Part shown: positions 1 to 9,065 of the stretch, piece by piece
Position numbering within the stretch: the stretch's first letter is position 1
How the letters are laid out: the number at the start of each line of letters is the position of its first letter
Virus record (IMG/VR): IMGVR_UViG_3300047323_000545
DNA: 64,000 nucleotides
Origin: a virus
Reading direction: 5' to 3' (one strand)
Position numbers and translations under genes: made by a program
Notes under the pieces: model-generated
Databases searched by the model: none
The model's input: only the letters and a program-made list of their open reading frames with translations
What the model was told of the DNA's origin: nothing

Positions 1-3000
1 GACCCTGGCCATGCGGCCGATCGTGGAGGCGAACTCGTTCGAGGACTCCGCCGTGGCGTCGCCGACCGGCCGCCAGAAGTGCAGGCTCGGGTCGTCGAAG
101 TCCGGGTCGGCGACCAGCTGCTGAGGCTGGGACGTCTGCGCGGCGAACTGCACCGCCAGCACGCGCCGCTTGGACACGAACGTCTTGGAGACCGTCTGCG
201 CACCGTCGGACGGCGGCTGCTCGGTGGTGACCATCGCAGTGCCGGTGTGCTTCCAGCCACCCTGCTGGGACGCGTCGTAGCCGGACAGGTAGGCCGTGTC
301 ATGGAACAGCTCGACGTACTGCTCGGTGTCCCGCTGCGCGACCGGGTCGGCCAGGTAGGCCAGCACCTGGCTGATCGCCACGGTGTAACCCACCTTCGTG
401 TCCATGGCCATCTGCACCACGTGGTAGCGGTGCACGCCCGTGCTGGTGAAGCGCGGCGCCTGAGTGCCCGGCAGCGGCATGTACGGGAACCGCTGCCCGG
501 AGCGGCGCAGCTGCTGGGCCGCGAGCGGGTCCGGCGCGTACAGGGCCTCCGTGGCCAGGTACGGGCTGCTGTTGGCCGTGGAGGACACGATCCGGTTGGC
601 GTCCACGTACTGGTAGACCGCGCCCTGCTCGGTGGCGACCCGGGCGCCCGCCGGGGCTGCACCGGAGACCTGCGTGCCGGAGGCGACGATGCTGGAGCCC
701 TGCCCGGTGTCGGCCGGGAACAGCCTGGTCTCCACCAGAGGGCTGGCCTGGGATGGCGTGAGCACCATCGGCTGCAGGTTGGTGAACTCCATCTTGAGGT
801 GCCGGGCCTTGATCGGCCGGAACTTCATCAGCCCCTTGCGCAGGACGAAGTCCCCGGGGACCGGCGTCCACACCAGGTCGTCCAGGGCGACCGGCGGCCC
901 GCCGATCAGCCCCCACGGGCACACCGAGTCCTCCCCGGCCGTGATCAGGCTGGGGTCCATGCGCAGGATCGCACTGGCGCTGGTGTGCGCGAGGGCGTCC
1001 TTCCCGTAGCCGGGGCCGAGGGCGTAGGAGGCCGGGTCGTCCCAGTACGCCTCGACGGTGTCGACGTCGGCGGCCCGGCCGAGCGCGAGGAAGAGGTTGC
1101 GCAGCCGGATCGAGCCGCCCGGACCGGACAGCGGGCCGCCGAGCCGAACCACGGTCGGGGGCGCCTGGTCAACGACGTGGGCTGCCTCCTGGATCCGGGT
1201 CAGCCACGGGGTGCGCACAGTCAAGGTCGACCCGTCGTAGGCAACTGCCAGCGGGATGCGCTCGTTGACCCCGAACGTGACTGAGTCCATCTCCACCGTG
1301 CGGTCGCCCAGGCGGACCTTGACCGACCCGGACTCGATCCAGACGGTCAGGGCCGGGGTGTCCAGGACGGTGAACTTTCCGGTGTCGCCAGAGGTGAACT
1401 GGGGGTAGACCACCATGCCCAGCAGGAAAGGCTGAGCCGGGTCGAACTGGAGCGCCCGGTTGTCCACGTCCAGGTAGGAGTTGACCGAGTCAAACAGCAC
1501 GCCCTCGCTGTCAACGGCCGGGGTGTCCGTACTTGCCCGGACAAGAGGCGAGGTCAGAGGGGTGTCGCACGGCTCGAACCGCTCGGGCACCACCGTGGCG
1601 TCGGTGTAGTACAGGTTGCACGAAACCCCGGACGTGACCGGGTCAAGGTACAGCCGGTCGATAACTTGAGCGCTGCCGTCCGAGGTCCGCAGGTCCAGGT
1701 ACAGGCTTGCCACGGCGTTCGGGACCGGCTGCGGCGCGCACCGCCACACGCCGGACGCGGGCGGCACCAGGTTGTCTGCCCGGTTGCGCCGGAGCAGGTA
1801 GTCAACCTGGGAGCCGAGCAGGTCGGTTGACCCGGCGATCGGCACCGTGTGCTCGGCATCCTGCTGCGGCAGCCACGGCAGGTCAGTCAAGCTGGAGGCA
1901 CGGTACGAGACAAGCGCGTCCTTGACTCCCAGCGAGTACGACACCGGCTGGTTGTCCGAGCCGCGCGGGTACGCCGACGACGGCAGGCGGGTCATGATGA
2001 TCCTGAACCGGCTCGCGGAGACCGGCTGGACGTCGACCTCCTGCGCCATCCAGTGCCCGGCTCCGAAGTGCTGCGGGTGCAGCTTGAGGTTGTCCGGGAC
2101 ACCCGCAGGGATGACTGCCGGGACCGAGTCCAGGATGCTGATCTGGACCGGGCCGCCCAGGCGCGCGTTCTGCAGCGGCTTCCACAGCCCGTCGGCGTCG
2201 CGGTACTGCACCCAGGCCCGCTGGGGGAACCGGGCCAGGGAGAACGAGATGCGGTTGACCGGCCGGGCCGTGGCCAGAGAGAACTCGAAGACGTCCCGTG
2301 TCGGGTCACCGTTATTGCGCGGCGGGCTTGACCAGAACCGCTCCGTGTTGCCTGCCGCCTGCCGCTGGGTTGACAGGCGCAGCGCGTCCTTGAGCGAGTC
2401 AAGGGGCATGCCGTCTACAGTCAAGGGAGCCAGCGCCGGGATCCCGAAGTCACCCGACGCCGACCCTGTGCCGGTCACGGGCTGGGCAACCCGGCCCTTC
2501 CATGCCGAGCCGACGGCCTTGCCCGGCACATCCAGGCCGTTGAGCGCCGTCTGGATCGCGGTCATGTAGGCGTAGAAGTCGGACGTGCGCGCCCCGCTGT
2601 CCCGCCCGACCCGGGTGAAGTCCTCGAAGAAGGACTGCCGCTGCGCCAGCGACAGCTCCATCTGCACGCCCATGAGCCGGGCGTCCTTGTTGGTGATGTT
2701 CGCCGGGTCGCTGCCGTTCAGCTCGTCGCTGCCAGGCGCAACCGTGAACCCTGCCTGCTCCAGGGCCGCCTTGATCCGCTCACCGGTCTCCGTGTCCAGG
2801 CCACCGACGAAGGTGACCGGGTCGCTTCCAGCGGCGCCGTGCCAGGAGATGACGTAGTCGGCGGCGGCCACCAGGTCCAGGGCCTGCGGCTCGTCGAAGT
2901 TCGTCGAGGTGATGTGCAGGTTGCTGTTCCCCGAGGACAGCATGCCGTCGAAGGAGTAGAACCGGCTGGCCGACCCGGCCAGGTAGTCCGCGATCTCCGT

Positions 3001-3141
3001 GGTACCCGGCTCGATGCCACCGCCGTGGATGGCGATGTGCGCCAGCCGGGAGCCGGGCGGCGTACGGACCAGAATGCGGTAGTCCACACCGATCTGGCGC
3101 GCGGCTGCCAGCGCGGCATAGTTGGCGTACAGATCGGCCAC
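1..3141 (-). CDS. Giant baseplate/tail protein with N-terminal poly-gamma-glutamate hydrolase (PghP/DUF867) domain; runs off the left end (>1047 aa)
   Basis: Manual translation from GTG at 3141 (GGAGG SD): VADLYANYAALAAA...AIHGGGIEPGT...LHITSTNFDEP...ISWHG...GVQMELS; no in-frame stop in the lines checked; absent from the ORF track, consistent with no stop inside the window. Confidence 0.85.
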   Translation of the reverse strand, partial: MADLYANYAALAAARQIGVDYRILVRTPPGSRLAHIAIHGGGIEPGTTEIADYLAGSASRFYSFDGMLSSGNSNLHITSTNFDEPQALDLVAAADYVISWHGAAGSDPVTFVGGLDTETGERIKAALEQAGFTVAPGSDELNGSDPANITNKDARLMGVQMELSLAQRQSFFEDFTRVGRDSGARTSDFYAYMTAIQTALNGLDVPGKAVGSAWKGRVAQPVTGTGSASGDFGIPALAPLTVDGMPLDSLKDALRLSTQRQAAGNTERFWSSPPRNNGDPTRDVFEFSLATARPVNRISFSLARFPQRAWVQYRDADGLWKPLQNARLGGPVQISILDSVPAVIPAGVPDNLKLHPQHFGAGHWMAQEVDVQPVSASRFRIIMTRLPSSAYPRGSDNQPVSYSLGVKDALVSYRASSLTDLPWLPQQDAEHTVPIAGSTDLLGSQVDYLLRRNRADNLVPPASGVWRCAPQPVPNAVASLYLDLRTSDGSAQVIDRLYLDPVTSGVSCNLYYTDATVVPERFEPCDTPLTSPLVRASTDTPAVDSEGVLFDSVNSYLDVDNRALQFDPAQPFLLGMVVYPQFTSGDTGKFTVLDTPALTVWIESGSVKVRLGDRTVEMDSVTFGVNERIPLAVAYDGSTLTVRTPWLTRIQEAAHVVDQAPPTVVRLGGPLSGPGGSIRLRNLFLALGRAADVDTVEAYWDDPASYALGPGYGKDALAHTSASAILRMDPSLITAGEDSVCPWGLIGGPPVALDDLVWTPVPGDFVLRKGLMKFRPIKARHLKMEFTNLQPMVLTPSQASPLVETRLFPADTGQGSSIVASGTQVSGAAPAGARVATEQGAVYQYVDANRIVSSTANSSPYLATEALYAPDPLAAQQLRRSGQRFPYMPLPGTQAPRFTSTGVHRYHVVQMAMDTKVGYTVAISQVLAYLADPVAQRDTEQYVELFHDTAYLSGYDASQQGGWKHTGTAMVTTEQPPSDGAQTVSKTFVSKRRVLAVQFAAQTSQPQQLVADPDFDDPSLHFWRPVGDATAESSNEFASTIGRMARV
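1168..2424. repeat. Dispersed array of 17 GTCAA/TTGAC pentamers inside the CDS
   Basis: GTCAA at 1168,1220,1489,1510,1642,1801,1886,2398,2420; TTGAC at 1265,1319,1481,1827,1922,2255,2328,2370; none seen in 1-1160. Confidence 0.6.
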
Positions 3142-3158
3142 TGGTGGTCCTCCTCAGC

Positions 3159-3193
3159 TCACCCCTTGAGGGCGGATGAGAAGGACCGGACAG
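3159..3193 (-). promoter_or_regulatory. Putative phage late promoter (CTGTC-N21-AAGGGGTGA)
   Basis: One of about 20 intergenic copies of the motif. Confidence 0.75.
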
Positions 3194-3195
3194 GG

Positions 3196-4530
3196 TCAGT
3201 CGGTCGTCAGGACGGTGCGGCGGTCACCGGAGTACGGGTTGGCGATGAGCACACCGTCACCCCCGGCACGCGCGGCGTGGCTCAGCAACGGGTCAAGCGC
3301 ACCGAGGGAGGCACGGTAGACAGTCAAGGTGCCATCCCTCCAAACAACCGTCTGGTCATCCGAGGCAAGGTCGGCGTCCGGCACCGCTCCAGGCGCGGTG
3401 AAGTCGGCCGGGTCGTCCGGACTGACCGCGTAGGAGCGACAGGTCGGGACCTGCTGGCCGTACGACCACTCGTCCCCGAGCCGGGTGGTCAGCGGCGGCC
3501 GGGGCAGCACCCGGGCCGAACCCGGATCCACCCCGTCCTGCTGCTGGATCGCCGACAGCGGGTAGGGGTTCGTGCTGGTCGGCACCTGACTCGGGGTGAC
3601 CTGCGGGACGATCTCCCAGTTCTCACTGTCTGAGCGCACCCCGGCAATACCGCGCGCCACCAGAGCCGAAGTGCCCTGCGTATCGACCGTGAGAAGCATG
3701 TGAGCAGGCTTGATCCGCTCAAGAACACGCACCAGCGCCGACTCGTCGCTGGCCTGCTGCGCCCGGCCCTCCGGGGTCGTCGGGTAGTCGCGGTTGACCC
3801 GGACCAGGACCTCGGAACGGGTCAGGGAACCCGAGCGGCCGTAGAACGGCGTGCCCTCCAGAGCGCCCCAGATCTCACCCTCGTAGTCGCTCCAGTGACC
3901 GGCCTCCATCCAGGCCCAAGTGTGCGCGACCTCGTCCGCGTCCCCGGCGGCATCGAGCAGCGCCCAGGACTCGTAGACGTCGACCTCGACTCCGGTGATG
4001 GCCTCGGCCGCCGCCTGCAGGCCCGGCACGGTGCCGCCCGTCGCGACGGCCTTGGCCAGCGCGGTCATCCGGTCCCGGAAGGACGCGTCGGCAGCCTCGA
4101 TCGAGTCCCACTCGGCAGCCGTGGCGGTCGCCGTCTCCATCGGGTTGATCGGCAGGACCTCGGCATCGTTCCTGGTGGCGTTGAAGATCGCCCCATAGAA
4201 CCGGTCGAGATCGAAAAACCTTGCCCCCGAGACGGACAGGCTCTGCAACTGGGCCACCAGCAGCCGCTTGCGGAGCTGGCCGACACCAGAGTCCCCGAGG
4301 AGCGCCTGCATCAGGCGGACCAAGTGCGAGGTGGGCCGGAGGTCGTAGACCTCCTCAGGGAAGTGACGCAGCTGCTCGGCGACGGCCGTGTCGGCCACGA
4401 GCATGCCGGTGCCGCTGGCCAGCGCGGTGGACTGCGGCACGGTGACGTCGGCCTGCAGCGGAATCAGGCCGCCCGGGATGACGGCGGTCCCGAAAGTGCC
4501 GCTGCCCTGGTGGAGGAAGTCGTCTGCCAT
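3196..4530 (-). CDS. Baseplate wedge-associated protein
   Basis: ATG at 4530 (MADDFLHQ) overlaps the baseplate J stop; FFDLDRFYGAIF...GGTVPGLQAAAEAITG resembles wedge proteins that follow gpJ. Confidence 0.65.
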   Translation of the reverse strand: MADDFLHQGSGTFGTAVIPGGLIPLQADVTVPQSTALASGTGMLVADTAVAEQLRHFPEEVYDLRPTSHLVRLMQALLGDSGVGQLRKRLLVAQLQSLSVSGARFFDLDRFYGAIFNATRNDAEVLPINPMETATATAAEWDSIEAADASFRDRMTALAKAVATGGTVPGLQAAAEAITGVEVDVYESWALLDAAGDADEVAHTWAWMEAGHWSDYEGEIWGALEGTPFYGRSGSLTRSEVLVRVNRDYPTTPEGRAQQASDESALVRVLERIKPAHMLLTVDTQGTSALVARGIAGVRSDSENWEIVPQVTPSQVPTSTNPYPLSAIQQQDGVDPGSARVLPRPPLTTRLGDEWSYGQQVPTCRSYAVSPDDPADFTAPGAVPDADLASDDQTVVWRDGTLTVYRASLGALDPLLSHAARAGGDGVLIANPYSGDRRTVLTTD

Positions 4531-6380
4531 CACAGCACCCCGAAGGAGTTCCGGGCGAGGGTCTTGAAGACCACGCCGCCGAGCACGGGCAGTTCGTCGT
4601 CGCGGAAGTAGATGTCCTTGGCCCGACCGGTCGGCGCATCGACCCAAGAGGACAAAGCGGCCGAGTTCGGCGCCGAATTCGGGGCAATCTGCTGGACACC
4701 CACGATCGACGCGTTCGGATTGGCCGAGCTGTAGCCGGTCACGTCCGCGCCGTTGAGCAGGCGGCAGTTGTCCACGCCGGGCACCTGGTGGATGACCGCG
4801 AGGACGTCGCTGATCTGGACGTTGGAGTTGAAGTCCATCCGGTTCAGGTAGTCACTCAAGGCGGACCGGATGGCGTCCTGGACCGAGTCAACCGACCCGG
4901 TCGACGACACCGTGTACATCACGCCCAGCGCGAACCGCAGCCAGCGCTGCTTGGCCTGGTGGACCTTGGCGTCGATCCCGGTCAACCTCCACCGGTTCAC
5001 CGCGTCCTGCACGCTGGAGGGCACCTCGTTGTAGGTGTAGTCGCCGTTGCCACCCACGGAGACCGGCGAGCCGTCGGCAGGCAGGTAGGTGTGGTGCCAC
5101 TCCAGGCCGAACCGCGAGGTCGGCGTCCAGCCGTCCACCGTGTCCTCATGGACGACCGTGTAGGCGTACGTCACGCCGTTGGCCACCGTGCCCAGCGGGT
5201 GCGCCGTGGACGCCAGGCCGTATGTCGTCCCCGCGACCGACAGCGTGGACGGCACAGTCACGATCGGCCCGAACGGCAGCGGCACAAACACGTTGCTGGC
5301 CACCGGCCGCGTCTGATCCGACCGCAGCCACGCCCCGGTGTACAGATCCAGCGTCGAGACGGTCTGGAACACCTTGGTCTGCTTGAACACCAACGCCGTC
5401 TGCGCCGACTGCGCTCGGGTACCGCCGACGAAGAGGTCCACCCGGTTCGTGATGTTGTTCGCCGGGTCGTTCCGGCTCACCACCGGCAGATACTGGTACG
5501 ACACCGTGAGCAGCTCACCGGCCGCCGGGAAGCTCGCCGACAGCCCTGCGATCTGGGGCGGGTTCGCCGGAACCCAGGTGTAGTCGTAGTCCTTGATCAG
5601 CGGCGTGCCGTCGGACTTCGCCACCTGCACCGGCGAGGAGTAGATGTAGCGGGCGTCCGTGATCTGACAGACCGTGTTGCCGCTGACGGGCACCTGCAGG
5701 ATCTCCGACCGCGTCCGCGAGGAGCCCACGACGGACACCGCGTAGCAGTCGCCGTCGTCCAGAGCCACGCCCCGGTACATCTGCTCCGTCCCGGCCAGCG
5801 AGCGGAACACCGTCGACTTCCAGCGGGTCCGCAGCTCCGAGTCAGTCTCCCGCGACATGCCAGCGGTCAGGGCGGCCGTGTTGGTGACGGTGTTGACCCC
5901 CTGGATCGGGGAGGTGATCTGGGTAGCCATCCCGGCGCCCAGGTTGCCCTCGGGTCCGGCCGTCACGGCCTGGACCGGCACCGTGACCGAGGAGGCTCCC
6001 GGCATCAGCGTGCCGCCGACCACCGTGGTGACCACGATCGAGGAGTTCGACGAGGACGCGATCTCCGTGCCGACCGGGATGAAGACGGTCGGGGTCAGGT
6101 CGCCAGTCCGGGAGAAGGTCACCGTTCCGACCGAGCGCCGGGCCGCAATCCGCGCGATGCCGAACAGTTGGCAGAAGCTGTCGAGGTCGGCGTCGGTCTT
6201 GCTGTCGATGTCGTAGGCGTACGACAGCAGGTGGTTCTCCACGTACGCGTCCGCCAGCGACGCGGAGACCGCGTCAAGGATCTTCCGCGCCGGGGTGCCG
6301 ATGGACGTGTCCAGCTCCGGGTCGGAGACCAGCAGTGCATCCCGCATCTGCGAGACGATGTCGTCCCTGGAAACACCCAT
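4530..6380 (-). CDS. Baseplate J-like protein
   Basis: GTVTFSR...VPVQAVTAGPEGN...TAGMSRETDSELRTR motif; C-terminal VPGVDN. Confidence 0.88.
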   Translation of the reverse strand: MGVSRDDIVSQMRDALLVSDPELDTSIGTPARKILDAVSASLADAYVENHLLSYAYDIDSKTDADLDSFCQLFGIARIAARRSVGTVTFSRTGDLTPTVFIPVGTEIASSSNSSIVVTTVVGGTLMPGASSVTVPVQAVTAGPEGNLGAGMATQITSPIQGVNTVTNTAALTAGMSRETDSELRTRWKSTVFRSLAGTEQMYRGVALDDGDCYAVSVVGSSRTRSEILQVPVSGNTVCQITDARYIYSSPVQVAKSDGTPLIKDYDYTWVPANPPQIAGLSASFPAAGELLTVSYQYLPVVSRNDPANNITNRVDLFVGGTRAQSAQTALVFKQTKVFQTVSTLDLYTGAWLRSDQTRPVASNVFVPLPFGPIVTVPSTLSVAGTTYGLASTAHPLGTVANGVTYAYTVVHEDTVDGWTPTSRFGLEWHHTYLPADGSPVSVGGNGDYTYNEVPSSVQDAVNRWRLTGIDAKVHQAKQRWLRFALGVMYTVSSTGSVDSVQDAIRSALSDYLNRMDFNSNVQISDVLAVIHQVPGVDNCRLLNGADVTGYSSANPNASIVGVQQIAPNSAPNSAALSSWVDAPTGRAKDIYFRDDELPVLGGVVFKTLARNSFGVL

Positions 6381-6398
6381 GCGGCGCCCTCCTTCTCG

Positions 6399-6433
6399 TC
6401 ACCCCTTGAGGGCGAGAGGAAGGCGCCGCACAG
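6399..6433 (-). promoter_or_regulatory. Putative late promoter (CTGTG-N21-AAGGGGTGA)
   Basis: Motif copy followed by a separate GGAGG SD before gene J. Confidence 0.75.
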
Positions 6434-6439
6434 CAAAAG

Positions 6440-6868
6440 TCAGGTGCTCACCGTCCGCAGCACCCGGACCGTTCCGCCGGACTGCGTCTTCAGCGCGATC
6501 GTCACCTTGATCGTGTCGTACTGGATGTCCGTGCTGATGGACTGCACCGACTGCACCACGTCCTGGAAGCTGAACCGGCTCCGGGAGCCGGACAGGGCGT
6601 CGGCCGCGATCTGGGCCTGCTGGCCGTCCACGTACTGCTGCACCACCCGCACCACCTCGGCGCGCACGAGCAGCTCCAGCTCCGGCGTCAGCGGCTCACC
6701 GATGTGCGCGGCCAGCACCGACCCGAACTGCGGGTGATAGCTGTCGTGGCCGTACGGCTCGGCGAGTGCGAGTGCCAGGTCCTGTCGGATGCGGGCGGCG
6801 CCGGTGAGCGTCCGGTAGCCGCCGTCACCCAGTGCCAGGTCCCCGCCGACGAGCGCCAGCGTCTTCAT
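6440..6868 (-). CDS. Baseplate wedge gp25/gpW-like protein
   Basis: RIRQDLALALAEPYGHDSYHPQFGSVL motif; position upstream of J. Confidence 0.8.
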   Translation of the reverse strand: MKTLALVGGDLALGDGGYRTLTGAARIRQDLALALAEPYGHDSYHPQFGSVLAAHIGEPLTPELELLVRAEVVRVVQQYVDGQQAQIAADALSGSRSRFSFQDVVQSVQSISTDIQYDTIKVTIALKTQSGGTVRVLRTVST

Positions 6869-6984
6869 GAGCCCACCTCCTCACCCTTTCCGCTCCAAGA
6901 CAGGGCCGAAACACGGCTCCTGCGCACCCGGGCATCGCCGGTACGGCAAGATGTGGGCGACAACCCGCCTAAGAAGGGACCGGA

Positions 6985-7779
6985 GTGAAGACTTCTACGC
7001 TCCCCAGGCAGCAGCTGAAGCGGCTGCTCGCCTCGCAGGAAGAGATCCGAGCGTGGATCAGTGACAACGGCTGTCTCGTCATCGGTGTCGGCATGCTCAA
7101 GGGCGGCACCGGCAAGACCACGATGACCATCTTCGTAGCCCTCTACCTGTCCTTGATCCTCGGCCTCAAGGTTCTGGTCATCGACACGGACAACAACAGC
7201 CAGAGCATCGACAACTGGTACAAGGTCCGGGAGGCCCGCCCTGGGGGGCCGGAGAAGGTCCCGTTCGACCTGGTCACCTACGACTGCAAGAACAAGGCCG
7301 AGGACGCCCCCGACCTCGACGACGTCATCGACAGCTTCCGCGAGGCATACGACGTCATCCTCGTCGACTCCGGCGGCGCTGGTAAGGAGGAGTACTGGGA
7401 GCTGTGCCAGTCGGCGCGCATGGTGCTCCTCCCGTTCGCTCCGTCCGGCTTCGAGTGGAACCGCATCGCGCCGACGGCCAAGACTGCCGCGCGGGGAGGC
7501 AAGGCCAACGACGCCCGCCTGAAGGTCTTCGTGTGCATGGTGAAGTGCACCGGCCGGAACACGCTAGCGGCCGACGCCCGGCCGGTCGTCGAGGCCATCA
7601 TGGCGACGAAAATTGACGACGACATCCGCGAGAAGATCGACATCGCCTTCGTGGACGTGGAGTTCGAGATCAGCGATGCCCCCGAGTACCCGCGCTCCTG
7701 GGACGAGACCCCGAAGCGCAACCATCTCGAAGAGATGGGCCTCTTGTTCCGCCACGCCATGAAGGAGGTCATCAGCTGA
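6985..7779 (+). CDS. parA: ParA family partition ATPase
   Basis: Deviant Walker A KGGTGKTT, VLVIDTD, YDVILVDSG. Confidence 0.9.
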   Translation: MKTSTLPRQQLKRLLASQEEIRAWISDNGCLVIGVGMLKGGTGKTTMTIFVALYLSLILGLKVLVIDTDNNSQSIDNWYKVREARPGGPEKVPFDLVTYDCKNKAEDAPDLDDVIDSFREAYDVILVDSGGAGKEEYWELCQSARMVLLPFAPSGFEWNRIAPTAKTAARGGKANDARLKVFVCMVKCTGRNTLAADARPVVEAIMATKIDDDIREKIDIAFVDVEFEISDAPEYPRSWDETPKRNHLEEMGLLFRHAMKEVIS

Positions 7780-8759
7780 TGCCCCGCGTTGAAGCCCCCG
7801 CCGCCAAGAAGACGGTCGCCAAGAAGCTGACCGCGCGAGAGAGGCGCATCCAGCAGGCCACCGCAGGCGCGACGACCAGCGAGGTGGCCCCTGCCCGTCG
7901 CGGCGAGCAGGACGAACCCGAGGTCGAGCTGCAGGCGCTGGAGGAGGCTGCGACTGCCGCCGTGCCCCACCAGGCCGAAACCCCGGCCATGCCTTCCAGC
8001 ACCGTCGTTACCCCGACCGCCGATCAGGTCGTCACGGCAGCCGAGGAAGGCAACCCCTTCCAGTTCATCGTGCCGCCCGAGGATGCAGACCCCCTGGAGA
8101 AGGTGGGCATCGTCCGGCGCGGGATCGCACGGGCCAACCGGGGCCTCGCCAACGGCCTCGGGAGGATGCAGAAGGACTACGTCTCGTCGGCGGGCGAGTA
8201 CCTGTGGTGGGCCACCCAGGGCGACCGCCTGAAGGACGCGGGCATCAAGTCCATCGAGAAGTTCGCCGCCCCGCTCGACCTCGGCAAGCAGGACGTCTAC
8301 CGGCTCCGCCGAGCCGTCCCGGTCTACCGGATCATCGGAGATCTGGTAGACGAGCCGCTCAACGAGCGCACCATCCGTGAGCTGTTCTCCACCATCGTGG
8401 ACGAGAAGGGCGAGATCCCTGTCACTCCCGATGGAGAGCCGGACGTCTCTCCGGAGCGCCAGAAGAACCTCCGTGAGCAGTTCACCGAGATGAAGAGGAT
8501 GGGCCGGGTCAACTCCGGCGGCGCCGTAGCGGCCCGCAGGCTCCTCCTTCTCGGCGAGGCCACTGACGTCATCGAGCCCGAGCCCAGCACGTCGGCCCCG
8601 TCCAAGGCCGTGGACCAGCTGGCGAAGGCGCGACGGACCGGGCGCATCCTCGACCTGGAGACCCTCCGCGAGGCGAACAAGGAAGACCCCGACGAGGCCA
8701 AGAGGTACGTCGAAGACATGCGGCGCAAGTACGAGGCTGCTGCTGAGATCGTCGGATAG
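7779..8759 (+). CDS. Putative centromere-binding partition protein (non-canonical ParB partner)
   Basis: Translationally coupled to parA; disordered N-terminus; HTH-like segment (IEKFAAPLDLGKQDVYRLRRA); followed by palindromes; no ParB/Srx GxxR motif seen. Confidence 0.65.
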   Translation: MPRVEAPAAKKTVAKKLTARERRIQQATAGATTSEVAPARRGEQDEPEVELQALEEAATAAVPHQAETPAMPSSTVVTPTADQVVTAAEEGNPFQFIVPPEDADPLEKVGIVRRGIARANRGLANGLGRMQKDYVSSAGEYLWWATQGDRLKDAGIKSIEKFAAPLDLGKQDVYRLRRAVPVYRIIGDLVDEPLNERTIRELFSTIVDEKGEIPVTPDGEPDVSPERQKNLREQFTEMKRMGRVNSGGAVAARRLLLLGEATDVIEPEPSTSAPSKAVDQLAKARRTGRILDLETLREANKEDPDEAKRYVEDMRRKYEAAAEIVG

Positions 8760-8762
8760 TCG

Positions 8763-8828
8763 AAAGTGAGACCCACTGGGTCTCACTCTGGTACCGGGAA
8801 AAGTGAGACCCACTGGGTCTCACTTTTT
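8763..8828. repeat. Two tandem palindromes AAAGTGAGACCCACTGGGTCTCACT, putative parS
   Basis: Identical 25-bp copies at 8763-8787 and 8800-8824, directly after the partition genes. Confidence 0.75.
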
Positions 8829-9065
8829 TCATGTCAGGTCGACCCAGGCGGCGAAGCTCCACACGCCGTACGTGCGGTCGACGAGCCAGGTCTGGCCGAC
8901 CATCGGCGTGATGCCGGTGCGGTGGATGGCCGTGGTGACCTCCAGTTGCTGGCCCTCGGTGTCGACACACAGGGCGAACTTCTTGTCCGTGAGGATCGAG
9001 CTGACCTTGACCTGCTTGACCGTCCAGCCGATCCCGTGGGTGGCGGCGTTCCCTGGACCCATCAT
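8829..9065 (-). CDS. Small baseplate protein (spike/OB-fold-like)
   Basis: MMGPGNAAT...PMVGQTWLVDR; coupled to the hub gene stop. Confidence 0.55.
   Translation of the reverse strand: MMGPGNAATHGIGWTVKQVKVSSILTDKKFALCVDTEGQQLEVTTAIHRTGITPMVGQTWLVDRTYGVWSFAAWVDLT

Noticed and set aside
8763-8828. Repeat pair as a mini-CRISPR
   Set aside because: Only two palindromic units, a 12-bp gap and no cas genes; context fits parS
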